Shown in pieces: positions 63,984-64,000 of a stretch of DNA of 64,000 nucleotides. The notes under the pieces are model-generated. The model did no database searches, was not told the origin of the DNA, and saw only the letters and a list, made by a program, of their open reading frames with translations. Numbering within the stretch: position 1 is the first letter of the stretch; every line of letters starts with the position of its first letter. The stretch comes from Nitrospinales bacterium (GTDB taxonomy: Bacteria; Nitrospinota; Nitrospinia; Nitrospinales; VA-1), in NCBI GenBank assembly GCA_965262115.1, contig OZ253496.1:1312001-1376000 (forward strand), given 5' to 3'. The translations under genes were made by a program, and so were the position numbers.

Positions 63984-64000
63984 TTAATTCTCAACGGTCA
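63984..64000 (-). CDS. rplK: Probable extreme 3' end of L11 (partial)
   Basis: ...TVEN* directly upstream of rplA; called from synteny only. Confidence 0.5.

Overview
Bacterial chromosome window. The lineage is probably Nitrospinota-like, inferred from gene content and RpoB inserts and not verified. The right half (about 34.9-64 kb, minus strand) is the conserved rplK-rplA-rplJ-rplL-rpoB-rpoC-str-S10-spc-alpha supercluster, which lacks rpmD. To its left lie rho, rpmE, prfA, prmC, murA and waaF. The left half mixes housekeeping genes (crcB, tRNA-Arg, csp, trmL, hflX, pcrA/uvrD, hemH, hemE, queG) with accessory DNA. Notable items are: a DUF318-type permease fused to FG-GAP/ASPIC-UnbV domains; a B12-dependent RiPP-type radical SAM gene with no clear precursor; an AT-rich tandem GIY-YIG nuclease islet between 46-bp direct repeats of the hflX 3' end; a 129-bp MITE with a 9-bp target duplication; a scrambled PflX-like pseudogene; and a copy of the RpoC zinc-binding motif inside RpoB. 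The window also carries many nonsense, frameshift and conserved-residue changes (apparently mostly C>T/G>A and G>T). These reflect either real genome erosion or damage/assembly artefact. All family assignments come from motif recognition; no database searches were run.
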